Shown: piece after piece, positions 8,889-17,563 of the stretch
Layout: the number at the start of each line of letters is the position of its first letter
Position numbering within the stretch: position 1 is the first letter of the stretch
Virus record (IMG/VR): IMGVR_UViG_3300020161_002793
Location: 1-40,758 of that record
Reading direction: 5' to 3' (one strand)
Source: a virus
Taxonomy: Duplodnaviria > Caudoviricetes
DNA length: 40,758 nucleotides
Made by a program: the position numbers and the translations under genes
The notes under the pieces: generated by a model
Told to the model about the DNA's origin: nothing
Seen by the model: only the letters and a program-made list of their open reading frames with translations
Databases searched by the model: none

Positions 8889-10078
8889 TGACACGCCCAC
8901 CAACAAAAGAACTCGCTAAGAAGCTTGGTACATTGGCAGCAAAGCCAGAAAAAGAACGTGACCGTGCATCCTTTTTGAATTCTATGGCCAAAATCATGGA
9001 GTCCAAAGGCATCAGTATGGATGACATTGGTCAAATTAAAAAAGTATCTTCTTATCAGACAATTACTAAAAACGAAGAAGGTGAAGCTGAGATTCACGAC
9101 CTTTGGGCATTGCAATTTAGCCCAGCTTTTGAAACTGGTCCTCAGTGGCCAGTCATCACCCCCGGCCCATCGGTCAATATGCCCAAGTCAACGGTTAAAA
9201 AGAAAACCAATCATGGCTACAAGACCTGTGTAATCGTCCCAGATATCCAATTTGGCTATTACCGTGAAGACAATTTTCAGTTAGTACCCACCCATGATGA
9301 GCGTGCTATCAGTATCTGTCTTCAAGTGATAGCAGATTTGCAGCCAGAATTAGTGGTTTGCGTAGGTGATAACTTAGATTTTCCCGAATTTGGGAAGTAT
9401 CGCCTGAGCCCAGCTTTTCAGGGGACAACACAAGCATCAATAAACAGGGCAACAGTGTTCAGCGCAGAGATGAGAACCGCAGCACCACACGCAAAAATCG
9501 TTTGGCTGGCAGGAAACCATGAAGAAAGACTTCCAAACTACATTCTGGACAACGCCAAAGCGGCATTCGGGCTCCGAAAAGGAGACACCCCACAGTCTTG
9601 GCCAGTTATGTCAGTTCCAAGTTTGTGTCGTTTTGACGAATATGGCATTCAATACGAGCCAGGCTACCCTGCTGGAAACTTTTGGATTAATGAAAAGCTC
9701 AGAGTGGTTCACGGACATAAAGTAAAGTCCAATGGGTCCACCGCCCACATGTACCTGAGTTCAGAAAAGACCTCAGTTATCTACGGACACATCCACCGTA
9801 TCGAAGTAGCGTTCAAAACTCGCAGAGATTACGACGGTGCGCGAACAATCATGGCCGCATCTCCAGGCTGTCTTGCCCGAATCGACGGAGCCGTACCATC
9901 CACAATTGGCGGATTAGACCTTGACGGACGACCACTAACAGTAGTGGAAAACTGGCAACAAGGACTCGGAGTGGTCACATACGAAGACAAAGGAGACCAC
10001 AAGTTCTCCTACGAAACCATGCCAATCTATAACGGTTGGGGAATCTTCAGAGGAACAGAGTACAACGCCAGGAAGTAA
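8888..10078 (+). CDS. Calcineurin-like metallophosphoesterase
   Basis: PDIQ, GDNLD, GNHE, HGH and GHIH motifs. Confidence 0.88.
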   Translation: MTRPPTKELAKKLGTLAAKPEKERDRASFLNSMAKIMESKGISMDDIGQIKKVSSYQTITKNEEGEAEIHDLWALQFSPAFETGPQWPVITPGPSVNMPKSTVKKKTNHGYKTCVIVPDIQFGYYREDNFQLVPTHDERAISICLQVIADLQPELVVCVGDNLDFPEFGKYRLSPAFQGTTQASINRATVFSAEMRTAAPHAKIVWLAGNHEERLPNYILDNAKAAFGLRKGDTPQSWPVMSVPSLCRFDEYGIQYEPGYPAGNFWINEKLRVVHGHKVKSNGSTAHMYLSSEKTSVIYGHIHRIEVAFKTRRDYDGARTIMAASPGCLARIDGAVPSTIGGLDLDGRPLTVVENWQQGLGVVTYEDKGDHKFSYETMPIYNGWGIFRGTEYNARK

Positions 10079-10170
10079 AGAGGCGGCTATTTAAAACAAT
10101 CCACGATTTCTGAATCCCGGTCAGTCAGAAATCTCCATAAGAGACAAAAGCTCTAGGAGAGAAGAGAGAC

Positions 10171-10830
10171 ATGACAACAATAGTGGGGATACAAGGAGAT
10201 GGATTTTCTGTACTGTGTACAGATTCCAGAATATCGACAATAGACGAAGCGGGTAACTCCAACCCGATGTCCACATTGGGTTCAGGTATGTCCAAAATAG
10301 CCCAAAACGGACCATACCTAATCGGAGCAGCTGGAGACGTAAGGGCAATAAACCTACTCCAACACGTATTCGTTCCACCAACCCCACAAACAAACCTAAA
10401 AGGCAAAAAACTAGACGCCTTCATAACAGCCAAATTTATACCCGCAATCAGAGAATGCTTCGAAAAACAAGGCTACGGGTCAAGCGAAGCAGGGAAAGCC
10501 CCAGCAGGACACGACTCCCTGATAATCATCTCAATCCACTCAACAATTTACGTGATAGATGGCGACTACTCGTGGATAACCGACGCGACAGGCTTCTACT
10601 GTATAGGTTCAGGAGCAGGATACGCCCTAGGAGCATTACACGTCCTAAGCCCAAAACGAAAACCAGCCCTATCAACATCAAAAGCATTAGCAATAAAAGC
10701 AATCTCAGCTGCTGCCAAATATGACTCCAATACAGGAGCTCCATACCACACGTTCATACAAGAACAACCAGCAAAAAAAGTATCACCCAAAAAAGCATTA
10801 CCGAAACAAACACAAAAAAGAATCAAGTAA
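10171..10830 (+). CDS. Proteasome-beta/HslV-like Ntn-hydrolase peptidase
   Basis: N-terminal M-TTIVG...DSR, K, GAAG, IGSG..YALGAL, D..TG. Confidence 0.82.
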   Translation: MTTIVGIQGDGFSVLCTDSRISTIDEAGNSNPMSTLGSGMSKIAQNGPYLIGAAGDVRAINLLQHVFVPPTPQTNLKGKKLDAFITAKFIPAIRECFEKQGYGSSEAGKAPAGHDSLIIISIHSTIYVIDGDYSWITDATGFYCIGSGAGYALGALHVLSPKRKPALSTSKALAIKAISAAAKYDSNTGAPYHTFIQEQPAKKVSPKKALPKQTQKRIK

Positions 10831-10833
10831 AAA

Positions 10834-11154
10834 ATGACTGAACCAGAAACACCATACCAACCAAACGAAACCGATATACAAACAAACGGATGGTTACAGT
10901 ATGCCAACTGTAAAGGCCAGACATACAAGATGTTTCCCAAAGCCCATAAGGACATCAGCTACATACCAGAAGCAAGAGCCCTATGCGAAAAATGCCCAGT
11001 CAAAAAACACTGCCTAGAATACGCACTCCAATTCCCAGTAGCAGACATGCACGGAATATGGGCTGGCATGACATCACGACAACTCCAAACAGAACAAAAA
11101 AGACGAGGAGTAGGACCAACCAGACCTACACTCTCACAAATGTGGGGAGACTAA
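10834..11154 (+). CDS. whiB: WhiB family transcription factor
   Basis: W...ANC, CEKCPVKKHC and GIWAG motifs. Confidence 0.9.
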   Translation: MTEPETPYQPNETDIQTNGWLQYANCKGQTYKMFPKAHKDISYIPEARALCEKCPVKKHCLEYALQFPVADMHGIWAGMTSRQLQTEQKRRGVGPTRPTLSQMWGD

Positions 11155-11370
11155 ATGCGGTGGATACCAGACAAAACCTTCACAATCCTCGTCCGATTAA
11201 TAAAGAAACAATACGCCCTCTACACAGAACTAAAGTTAAGAGGCCAACAAGTATACGAGCACGGACTATACGGAAGACTTCGCTATTGGCTACATGGAAC
11301 ATTCAGCCGTATAGAGAAAACCGAAAGACGGATGTTTAGAAAACAATCCAAACGCAGATGGGGAAAATAA
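11155..11370 (+). CDS. Hypothetical basic protein
   Basis: 71-aa ORF abutting whiB. Confidence 0.45.
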   Translation: MRWIPDKTFTILVRLIKKQYALYTELKLRGQQVYEHGLYGRLRYWLHGTFSRIEKTERRMFRKQSKRRWGK

Positions 11371-11373
11371 CCC

Positions 11374-11718
11374 CTAAAATCCGCGAACGCCACATTCTGA
11401 ACAAAATTTCATATTTTGTAGTTGCTGCCATTCTGGTTTGCAGTCTGTTCGTCCGCAGGGTTGGGTTATTTTTTGGCCGGTGGCCCAGGCTCTTATTTGG
11501 TCAGCGGTTGTTGGCAGTGGGGCGGCTGGTTCTGGAGCTGGGGGTAGTCCTTTATTTTCTCTGATGGAGATTAGGAGCTGGCTTGTGGCCCATTCGTTTA
11601 TTGAGCTGTTTATTGACGCGCAGTATTCGAGTATCTGATTTTTTAGCCAGCCGGGGATTGTTAATACTATGTTGTATTTTCCGTCTGGTAGTTCAGCTTT
11701 TTGGGGTTCCTTGGGCAT
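11374..11718 (-). CDS. RHH-like N-terminus plus C-terminal Zn ribbon protein
   Basis: IVLTIPGWLKNQILEYC..INSSINEW; CGRTDC...CSECG. Confidence 0.6.
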   Translation of the reverse strand: MPKEPQKAELPDGKYNIVLTIPGWLKNQILEYCASINSSINEWATSQLLISIRENKGLPPAPEPAAPLPTTADQIRAWATGQKITQPCGRTDCKPEWQQLQNMKFCSECGVRGF

Positions 11719-11872
11719 CGCGTTTGACGAGGGTTAGGAGGTATTCAGTGATGGTCATGTCGTAGCCGTCTGCTAGTTCTGTGACTAGGTTTTTTGTTTC
11801 GGACGGTATTTTGATTGTGATTGTGGAGTGTCGACCGGTTGCTTGTTTTGTTGGTCTTCCCATTCGAGCCAT
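11693..11872 (-). CDS. Ribbon-helix-helix (CopG-like) DNA-binding protein
   Basis: Manual translation MARMGRPTKQATGRHSTITIKIPSETKNLVTELADGYDMTITEYLLTLVKRD. Confidence 0.65.
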   Translation of the reverse strand: MARMGRPTKQATGRHSTITIKIPSETKNLVTELADGYDMTITEYLLTLVKRDAQGTPKS

Positions 11873-11895
11873 GGGGGGAACTTTATCAGAGTTTT

Positions 11896-12363
11896 TTATT
11901 TTGGTGTGAAGGTTTGTTTTGTCCAGTGTTTCACATTTTTTTCGTATGCTTCTAGGAAGAATGTTCGGTCACCGTTTGTGATAGTGCCGATTGAGTTTAT
12001 TCCTCCCATGTCGTTTATGGTTTGTTTTAGTACTGGGTGTATTTCTGTTTGGGAGGCAGTTCCGTTGGATACGGTTTTGGAGAGGCCTTGTACTTTTGCC
12101 CAGGCTTCGTGTGGTTCTGGTGGGTGAACTATTTTTTGTTGGATTGTTAAAGCGATGATTCTGAGTTGGGCCGGTTTTGGCATGTAGGTTTCTGTTAGCG
12201 CTATTTCGGTAATTGCCTGTTTAGCTGCTTCTGGGGTGATGTCTTTTAGCATTTGTTCCCAGTTTGAGATTACTTGTTTTGCGAGTGTTTCTGTTGATGG
12301 GAGTCGGTCGTTGTAGTGGCCGTAAATTCTGTTTACGATTTCTCTGGTTTCTTGTTGGTTCAT
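11896..12363 (-). CDS. Replicative helicase loader/inhibitor-like protein (G39P-like)
   Basis: MNQQETREIV...W..ML.D.....A..AI......YMP.PAQLR pattern; ATGA overlap with the upstream gene. Confidence 0.55.
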   Translation of the reverse strand: MNQQETREIVNRIYGHYNDRLPSTETLAKQVISNWEQMLKDITPEAAKQAITEIALTETYMPKPAQLRIIALTIQQKIVHPPEPHEAWAKVQGLSKTVSNGTASQTEIHPVLKQTINDMGGINSIGTITNGDRTFFLEAYEKNVKHWTKQTFTPK

Positions 12364-12728
12364 TGTACCCACCCGTTTTTTTGTGCTTCTTTTAGTTGTT
12401 TGATGAATTTGTTGATTCGCCATTCTTCGCGGAGGATGATTTCGAGGCTGTTATATTTTTTGCCGGCTGGGTTGTCTCCCATGTGCCATTCGCTGAATTT
12501 GATTCCCTCTATGGCTTCTAGGCATCGTTGGAGGCCGTATTGGTGTATTCCTCGGCGGATGTCTTTTTCGCGGTTTTCTGTGAGCTCTGGGGCTCTTCCT
12601 GTGCCGGTCCAGTGGTGGTTTACCCAGTGTTGGAATACTTGTTCAATTTCGTCTGAATTTATCTGGTTTAGCGTTTGGGCGTTTTCTTGGTCGTAGCGTT
12701 TTTTTTGGGTTGGGGCTCGACGTTTCAT
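12360..12728 (-). CDS. Phage replication-initiator C-terminal-like protein
   Basis: VFQHW...LTENR...I...I..YG...CLEAI.G....WHMG.N...KKYN.LE.ILR. Confidence 0.5.
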   Translation of the reverse strand: MKRRAPTQKKRYDQENAQTLNQINSDEIEQVFQHWVNHHWTGTGRAPELTENREKDIRRGIHQYGLQRCLEAIEGIKFSEWHMGDNPAGKKYNSLEIILREEWRINKFIKQLKEAQKNGWVQ

Positions 12729-12736
12729 GTCTTTTG

Positions 12737-12765
12737 AGTATAGGTGTTTCGGGTTGTTTAGGCAA
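12737..12765 (-). promoter_or_regulatory. SigA-type promoter, near-leaderless transcript
   Basis: TTGCCT-N17-TATACT, 8 nt before ATG 12728. Confidence 0.6.
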
Positions 12766-12919
12766 GTTTTGTTTTTCGTGGATTGTTTGTTCGCGCCGCT
12801 TTTGGGTGGTGTCCACGTTTCGTGTTCTGGATATTTTGGTTTTCTCGCTCGCTAGCGTGCGCGGCTTCGCCGTGCTGCTAGTGACGCAATCTGTGTGTCG
12901 ATGGATTAGGAATTATTAA

Positions 12920-13145
12920 CCCCCCCACACTTTTCCAGGTTTCTGGATGGTGGCCGTAGCTTTCAAGCCGACACCATTTTTGTTTTTAATATAAAACGTT
13001 TCAACGTCCCGTTTAGCTGTTTTGAGCTGTTTGACAATTGGGACCGATACCCGTTTCCGGTCACGTATCGCATTCCTGGCCTACTGTCATAACATCCAGG
13101 GTCTAGCGCTTGGGTGCCCCCTTCTCCGGAGGACTTGATTAAGTT
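12920..13145 (-). ncRNA. Candidate structured non-coding RNA or leader
   Basis: No ORF; several hairpins (GATAC..CCG-GAAA-CGG-GTATC, GTCCC..GGGAC, ATGGTG..CACCAT, CCAG-AAAC-CTGG); upstream GTGACG-N17-TATACT at 13182-13154. Confidence 0.35.
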
Positions 13146-13165
13146 GTTGACGAAGTATATACATG

Positions 13166-13212
13166 TCTTCCACCACCGTCACAACAAGACCAGAAAAAAA
13201 CTTTAGCCCCGT
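13166..13212 (+). repeat. Bipartite dispersed repeat, copy 1
   Basis: TCTTCCACCACCGTC ACAACAAGA...AGCCCCGT (gap 24). Confidence 0.85.
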
Positions 13213-13291
13213 TTATATTAATTCTCATTCTTATAGGCTAATATTCTAATGGCGTCAATGGGTTCCCCCTTCTCCCCAGAAGACGCCAGGT

Positions 13292-13340
13292 GGGGTTGAG
13301 CCGCAATGGTTTAGTGTAGGTAACCATGTGCGGCTCCCCC
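13292..13340. terminator. Long hairpin after minus-strand operon
   Basis: GGGG..GAGCCGCA.ATGGTT...AACCAT.TGCGGCTC.CCCC. Confidence 0.55.
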
Positions 13341-13347
13341 ACTGTTT

Positions 13348-13851
13348 TTAAATCAAATCAAGAAGAAACTGTTCTTTGTCCCACATGATGCCAATAGCTG
13401 AATAGCCGGCAATGTCAAGCACGGTGTCTTTAATCGGTTCGTTCGAAGCTGCCAAGCTGCTGGCGGCCAGATTCTCTAATCGCGCAATCTTGTCATGGAC
13501 CCTAATCAGTAAACCGTCCCGCCCGAACTTGGCTATGTTGTGATGCCCATAGTCCCGTTGCTTTTTAACCAGGGTTGAGCTGAGCTCTTCGTGTGAAACA
13601 CTATGGCCGGCAGAAAGGCCCCAGGTTAAAGCTTTTGCTCCCAGGACAAGCCAGTCTTCAGCGGCTGATGAACCCGGTTTGTTGAAGAAGTTCGTAGACA
13701 TGTCTTCAAACCAGTCCCGAATGTCGTTGATGCTCGAGGTGATTTGTTCGCTTAAAACAAATATTTCTTTCGACGCCTGATACGACGCGTCATTCCAATT
13801 TGTGTATTCAGTGTTTGAAAAACTGTTTATTGTTTCATTTAGTGAAGGCAT
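13348..13851 (-). CDS. Nucleotide-modification-associated domain protein (DUF1599/Nmad1-like)
   Basis: KKQRDYG..NI...G...R..DK.ARL.NL....E...DT..D..GY. Confidence 0.75.
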   Translation of the reverse strand: MPSLNETINSFSNTEYTNWNDASYQASKEIFVLSEQITSSINDIRDWFEDMSTNFFNKPGSSAAEDWLVLGAKALTWGLSAGHSVSHEELSSTLVKKQRDYGHHNIAKFGRDGLLIRVHDKIARLENLAASSLAASNEPIKDTVLDIAGYSAIGIMWDKEQFLLDLI

Positions 13852-13870
13852 ACAACATGTCTACCACACG

Positions 13871-13885
13871 TCTTCCGCCACCGTC
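13871..13885 (+). repeat. Repeat core only (box A)
   Basis: TCTTCCGCCACCGTC, intergenic. Confidence 0.7.
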
Positions 13886-13891
13886 AATTGT

Positions 13892-14059
13892 TTAGGATGC
13901 TCTGGACAAGTCTTTCACTTTTGTTTCCTGCATTTCCGCAGCTGTCGAATGTTTGTACGAGCATGTTGGTGGCGCAGAGAGACCAACATATGTGGTTAAC
14001 GTGTTCTCGCAGCGCGGACAAATCCAGTGACGCGTCTTTTCGGCTCGTGATTCTTTCAT
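13892..14059 (-). CDS. Small Zn-ribbon protein
   Basis: WICPRC...PTC...H. Confidence 0.5.
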   Translation of the reverse strand: MKESRAEKTRHWICPRCENTLTTYVGLSAPPTCSYKHSTAAEMQETKVKDLSRAS

Positions 14060-14132
14060 AATTATATAGTTAATCACAAACAGGCCAAAACGAGGAGCAC
14101 AACCAATACGGTTGCAAAACTGATTACTTCGT

Positions 14133-14339
14133 TCACCACGACCTCCAGCTCTGGCCCCACCTTGGTGATGTTGACCTAAGGTATTTAGTAAATCGCGGAA
14201 ATCTTTTTTCAGTGAGCTCTGGGATGACTATGTGCACCAACACATCAATCAGCCGCATAAATCTGCAGGGGGACCCAAGACGAGTCCTGGAGACAGGTTT
14301 AGTTGCCGGCAATGACTTTAACGTTTCGCGGAGCGACAT
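14133..14339 (-). CDS. Hypothetical protein
   Basis: ORF packed in the minus-strand operon. Confidence 0.35.
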   Translation of the reverse strand: MSLRETLKSLPATKPVSRTRLGSPCRFMRLIDVLVHIVIPELTEKRFPRFTKYLRSTSPRWGQSWRSW

Positions 14340-14343
14340 ATCT

Positions 14344-14697
14344 TTAGTCAGAATCACTTTCAAAATCCTTTCTAAGGTCGCGCATAACTCCAAGAATCAT
14401 TGTCTTCATTGCTTCTTTTTTCTCTGGTGTGGAATCTTCATAGAGTGCATGCATGAGCTTCATGAAAACCGTGGCGCCCATCATCACGAATTCTTCAAGC
14501 GTGTTTCCTTCTCTCTTAACCATTTCGGAAATTGCTTTGCTATCTCCAGCTGCAAGTACTTGGCGCTCTTCCCATGTAAGTGCGTCAATTGGTAGAACCA
14601 TGACGTCTTCAGTGACCGGGAATCCTCGTTTTTCAAGGTCGTCCCATATATAAAGTGAGCCAATTGGTCTGCCTTCTTCATGTTCTGAATTATTCAT
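14344..14697 (-). CDS. Hypothetical protein
   Basis: RBS GAGGAG upstream; 117 aa. Confidence 0.7.
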   Translation of the reverse strand: MNNSEHEEGRPIGSLYIWDDLEKRGFPVTEDVMVLPIDALTWEERQVLAAGDSKAISEMVKREGNTLEEFVMMGATVFMKLMHALYEDSTPEKKEAMKTMILGVMRDLRKDFESDSD

Positions 14698-14750
14698 TAC
14701 TTCTCCTCGTTGTGTTTAAAATATTACCTAATTGATTAATCAATAACAAC

Positions 14751-14765
14751 TCTTCCACCACCGTC
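14751..14765 (+). repeat. Repeat core only (box A)
   Basis: TCTTCCACCACCGTC overlapping the stop of the minus-strand gene. Confidence 0.7.
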
Positions 14766-15216
14766 AACTTACGGAGGTCTCATCGAGCAGGCCGAAACTG
14801 GCAAACAGCTCACTGACGTCGGTCAGAGTTGCTTCTTCGAATTCTCGCGAGTCGCGGTCGACAAAAGCTGCGATTACCGCCTTGGTGGCCCGTTCAGTCC
14901 ACACCGACTTACGACTTCCATGCATTCTGCTCATCAGCCGAATAGATGCGCATCCTGGCATGATTGCATTCCTCCAATTAAGAGCGCAGTCAATGAAATT
15001 GCGCGGGCTCAGCTTTCTCCCGACTCTTTTTTCCAAACAGCCAATACATAGAAAGCCGTCAACATTGCCGGCCTTTTTCCAACATGAGTTGGTAACCATG
15101 TAGTACTCACCGATTTCGGCGGTGTCTACTCCGCAGTCATGGCAATCAAAGTTGACTAGGCCTTCGCAGTCTTCGCAAAGCTCATCTTCTGTGTCGGGCT
15201 TGCGTACTTTTTTCAT
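14764..15216 (-). CDS. Cys-rich hypothetical phage protein
   Basis: CEDC, CHDCG...EYYMV....W, LCIGCLE.R.GR.L; RBS GGGGAC. Confidence 0.7.
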   Translation of the reverse strand: MKKVRKPDTEDELCEDCEGLVNFDCHDCGVDTAEIGEYYMVTNSCWKKAGNVDGFLCIGCLEKRVGRKLSPRNFIDCALNWRNAIMPGCASIRLMSRMHGSRKSVWTERATKAVIAAFVDRDSREFEEATLTDVSELFASFGLLDETSVS

Positions 15217-15226
15217 ATTTGTCCCC

Positions 15227-15586
15227 CTACTTCTCTTCGTAAATTTCTTGCGCTTTTGCGACAATCGCATCCCAATATTTAGTGTCCTCCAGAGGGCGGT
15301 CCACCAAAGTGAGGAATGCAGAATCTGTAAGTTTTTTTACTGCAAGGTCAATGTATTGTTTTTGAACTTTTTCGTCAACAGCATCCCAGCGAGAAATTGT
15401 TTTACGCTCTTCTGCTTCAGTCTCAACCCATACATCATGTGTTTGAAAATTGGCGCGCTTGTTCTCTCCTGTATGGTCTGCCGGGTCCTCAACTTGCACC
15501 AGACAGGCCACAGCAAGAGCGTCAAGCTCAGCAGCTGTAAGAGGGTTTTGTGTTACGAACCCAACTTTGATTTGATACTGCATCAT
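15227..15586 (-). CDS. Hypothetical protein
   Basis: Coupled operon gene. Confidence 0.65.
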   Translation of the reverse strand: MMQYQIKVGFVTQNPLTAAELDALAVACLVQVEDPADHTGENKRANFQTHDVWVETEAEERKTISRWDAVDEKVQKQYIDLAVKKLTDSAFLTLVDRPLEDTKYWDAIVAKAQEIYEEK

Positions 15587-15825
15587 TACAAGTCGCCTTG
15601 CAGGTCATCTTCTCTAATATCAATTGTCACTTCTTCCATATCGCCCAACTCAACATCGGAAAAAGAATCGCTGATGAAATCAGCATTCTCGTTCAGCCAG
15701 ATGCCTTTGTCGTCAATATCAAGGTCGTCCCAATTGGATGGCAGTTCCGCATGAAGGTTGTAAGTGATGTAACGGTCAACACTGTGTTCACGTGTTTCGC
15801 GATTTGTAACGTTATAAATAGTCAT
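15586..15825 (-). CDS. Hypothetical acidic protein
   Basis: Coupled operon gene. Confidence 0.65.
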   Translation of the reverse strand: MTIYNVTNRETREHSVDRYITYNLHAELPSNWDDLDIDDKGIWLNENADFISDSFSDVELGDMEEVTIDIREDDLQGDL

Positions 15826-16007
15826 TTAGGTACCCCCATGTAGTAGTTGATAATTTGCGGTAAGTGTGTTGATTTGTTAAGAACCGATTGTGGAACGAGG
15901 CCGTCATTCATAATCATGTCTTCTTCAACAGTGATTTCAGAATCTTGAACAAGAAAACATTCATCCACACGAATAACACGGTCAGTCTCTGGGTGAATAA
16001 TGTACAT
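15822..16007 (-). CDS. Hypothetical protein
   Basis: Coupled operon gene. Confidence 0.6.
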   Translation of the reverse strand: MYIIHPETDRVIRVDECFLVQDSEITVEEDMIMNDGLVPQSVLNKSTHLPQIINYYMGVPK

Positions 16008-16187
16008 TTAAATAACCTTTCTTGCAATTTGGATTTCAATTTTTGACATCAAGTCGTCAATCTCTGGAAATCGCTCTTGAAGCGCTCCGCGATTGTTGTA
16101 GAAAAAATCCATTGCCATTGTTTCAACAATTTCTTCAGCATCCAATTCATCAGGAATTGTCAAAGTCATGTGGATAGTTTTAGGCAT
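16008..16187 (-). CDS. Hypothetical protein (59 aa)
   Basis: Manual translation MPKTIHMTLTIPDELDAEEIV...; fills the operon gap exactly. Confidence 0.6.
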   Translation of the reverse strand: MPKTIHMTLTIPDELDAEEIVETMAMDFFYNNRGALQERFPEIDDLMSKIEIQIARKVI

Positions 16188-16504
16188 TAGATATCCCCTT
16201 TCAAGGCAAATTGTGGAATCAATGCTGTATATCCCCTATTGGGGTCTTCGTTATCAGTGTGCACAGCATCAATAAATCGCAGACTGCACGAGCTGTCCCA
16301 CCATTCCAAAATCTTTTCAAACATTTCTTCAGGTGTTCCGCGAAAAGATTCTTCTCCATTTTCCCCGGCATAGTTCTTTTCAAACCGCGAGGCCACTTCT
16401 GTATCCATGGACAAATAGATTTTGTGGCACGAATCCCAAGAGATGAGCAAAGCTTCTTTAAGAGCTTTTTCAACATCGTCCCAATAGGTGTTAACAGTTT
16501 TCAT
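16187..16504 (-). CDS. Hypothetical phage protein
   Basis: WDSCHKIY..MD...WW..SC.LRFI motif; RBS AAGGAG. Confidence 0.7.
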   Translation of the reverse strand: MKTVNTYWDDVEKALKEALLISWDSCHKIYLSMDTEVASRFEKNYAGENGEESFRGTPEEMFEKILEWWDSSCSLRFIDAVHTDNEDPNRGYTALIPQFALKGDI

Positions 16505-16523
16505 ACAAATACTCCTTGAATAA

Positions 16524-16664
16524 TTATTTTTTGTTTGTGATTAAACGGTGATTTTGATAAACACGGTCAAAGACCGATTTCGCTCCACACTTTGTACAGC
16601 GGTAATGGCCTGCAGGTGCAAGACACTTCCAAAAGTGTTTACTTTCTTCACATACCTTCTTCAT
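16524..16664 (-). CDS. Small Zn-finger-like protein (46 aa)
   Basis: MKKVCEESKHFWKC...YRCTKCG; RBS GGGAG. Confidence 0.55.
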   Translation of the reverse strand: MKKVCEESKHFWKCLAPAGHYRCTKCGAKSVFDRVYQNHRLITNKK

Positions 16665-16696
16665 ACAAATACTCCCTCTACTTATGTATGGGGTGC

Positions 16697-16725
16697 ACGC
16701 TACACCCCATAAGCAAGTTTGTCAA
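16697..16725 (-). promoter_or_regulatory. SigA-type promoter
   Basis: TTGACA-N17-TAGCGT. Confidence 0.65.
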
Positions 16726-16928
16726 GGCTTTATAATTTTAATTCGGTGTTGTTCTACCCATTGCTCGCCAGTGCCATCGGCCGGCTTGACCAATACATCT
16801 ACGTGGCCGAAACGGGCCCTAATGTCCTGAATAACAACATTGATGGTCATCTTTTCAACGTCCATCAAGGCCATCATCCCTTTTGTGAACGGCTTCTTCT
16901 TGGTTGCTTGCTCCATAGTGAGTTCCAT
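16722..16928 (-). CDS. Small SH3-like hypothetical protein
   Basis: RBS GAAAGGAG before ATG 16928; V.IQD.R..FG.VD.LV.P..G.GEQWV. Confidence 0.65.
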   Translation of the reverse strand: MELTMEQATKKKPFTKGMMALMDVEKMTINVVIQDIRARFGHVDVLVKPADGTGEQWVEQHRIKIIKP

Positions 16929-17013
16929 GATTCTCCTTTCGTAGTGCACTGTACAAGCTGTAAAGAGCAGTTGACAACCTGGGCCGGCACGCATTTGTCC
17001 TGGTTCGACGGCA

Positions 17014-17052
17014 TCATCCGCCACCGTCGCGATAAAACGACCCGAAGCCCCG
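17014..17052 (+). repeat. Bipartite dispersed repeat, copy 2
   Basis: TCATCCGCCACCGTC GCGATAAAA...AGCCCCG (gap 17). Confidence 0.8.
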
Positions 17053-17173
17053 CGGCCGAACTAGCGGGACAAAAGTCCCGTGCTCTTACGCGCCGCCTGG
17101 ATGCAGCTGCATGATTCGGCCGGCAGCTACGTACTTCCGCCATAAAAAACATATTTGTATTAGCCTCTTGACT

Positions 17174-17563
17174 ATGAAAACAACAGACAAATGGGAACGC
17201 AATATTGAAGCTTTGAGAAAGTTTGTGGCTGAAAATGGGCACGCACGAGTACCGGCAACAGCAAAGATTGAGTTGAATGGGGTCTATATAGCAATCGGTT
17301 CTTGGGTTAGCTATCTGCGTGTGAAGTACAAAAGTGGGACTCTAAACCCAAACAAGAAAGCTCAGTTGGAGACGTTCCCGATGTGGACTTGGGGGCCGTG
17401 TAAGCCGGGTCCGGTTGGCGACGAAGCTCGAGATAACGCGATGCTACAGTCCCGCGAACAGGGCAGAAGCCTTCAAGCTATAGCCGATGAGTACGGATTG
17501 TCGAGGCAGCGCGTACACCAGATTCTTGGTCGAATAGCAAGCAAGACAAAGCAACTTGTCTAA
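17174..17563 (+). CDS. Helicase-associated (HA) domain plus sigma-70 region 4-like HTH protein
   Basis: W...L..F..ENGH..VP...IG.WV...R.....L...K..QLE...W.W; SLQAIADEYGLSRQRVHQI. Confidence 0.78.
   Translation: MKTTDKWERNIEALRKFVAENGHARVPATAKIELNGVYIAIGSWVSYLRVKYKSGTLNPNKKAQLETFPMWTWGPCKPGPVGDEARDNAMLQSREQGRSLQAIADEYGLSRQRVHQILGRIASKTKQLV

Noticed and set aside
15122-15754. 210-aa plus-strand ORF
   Set aside because: Antisense to a tightly coupled minus-strand operon with good RBSs.
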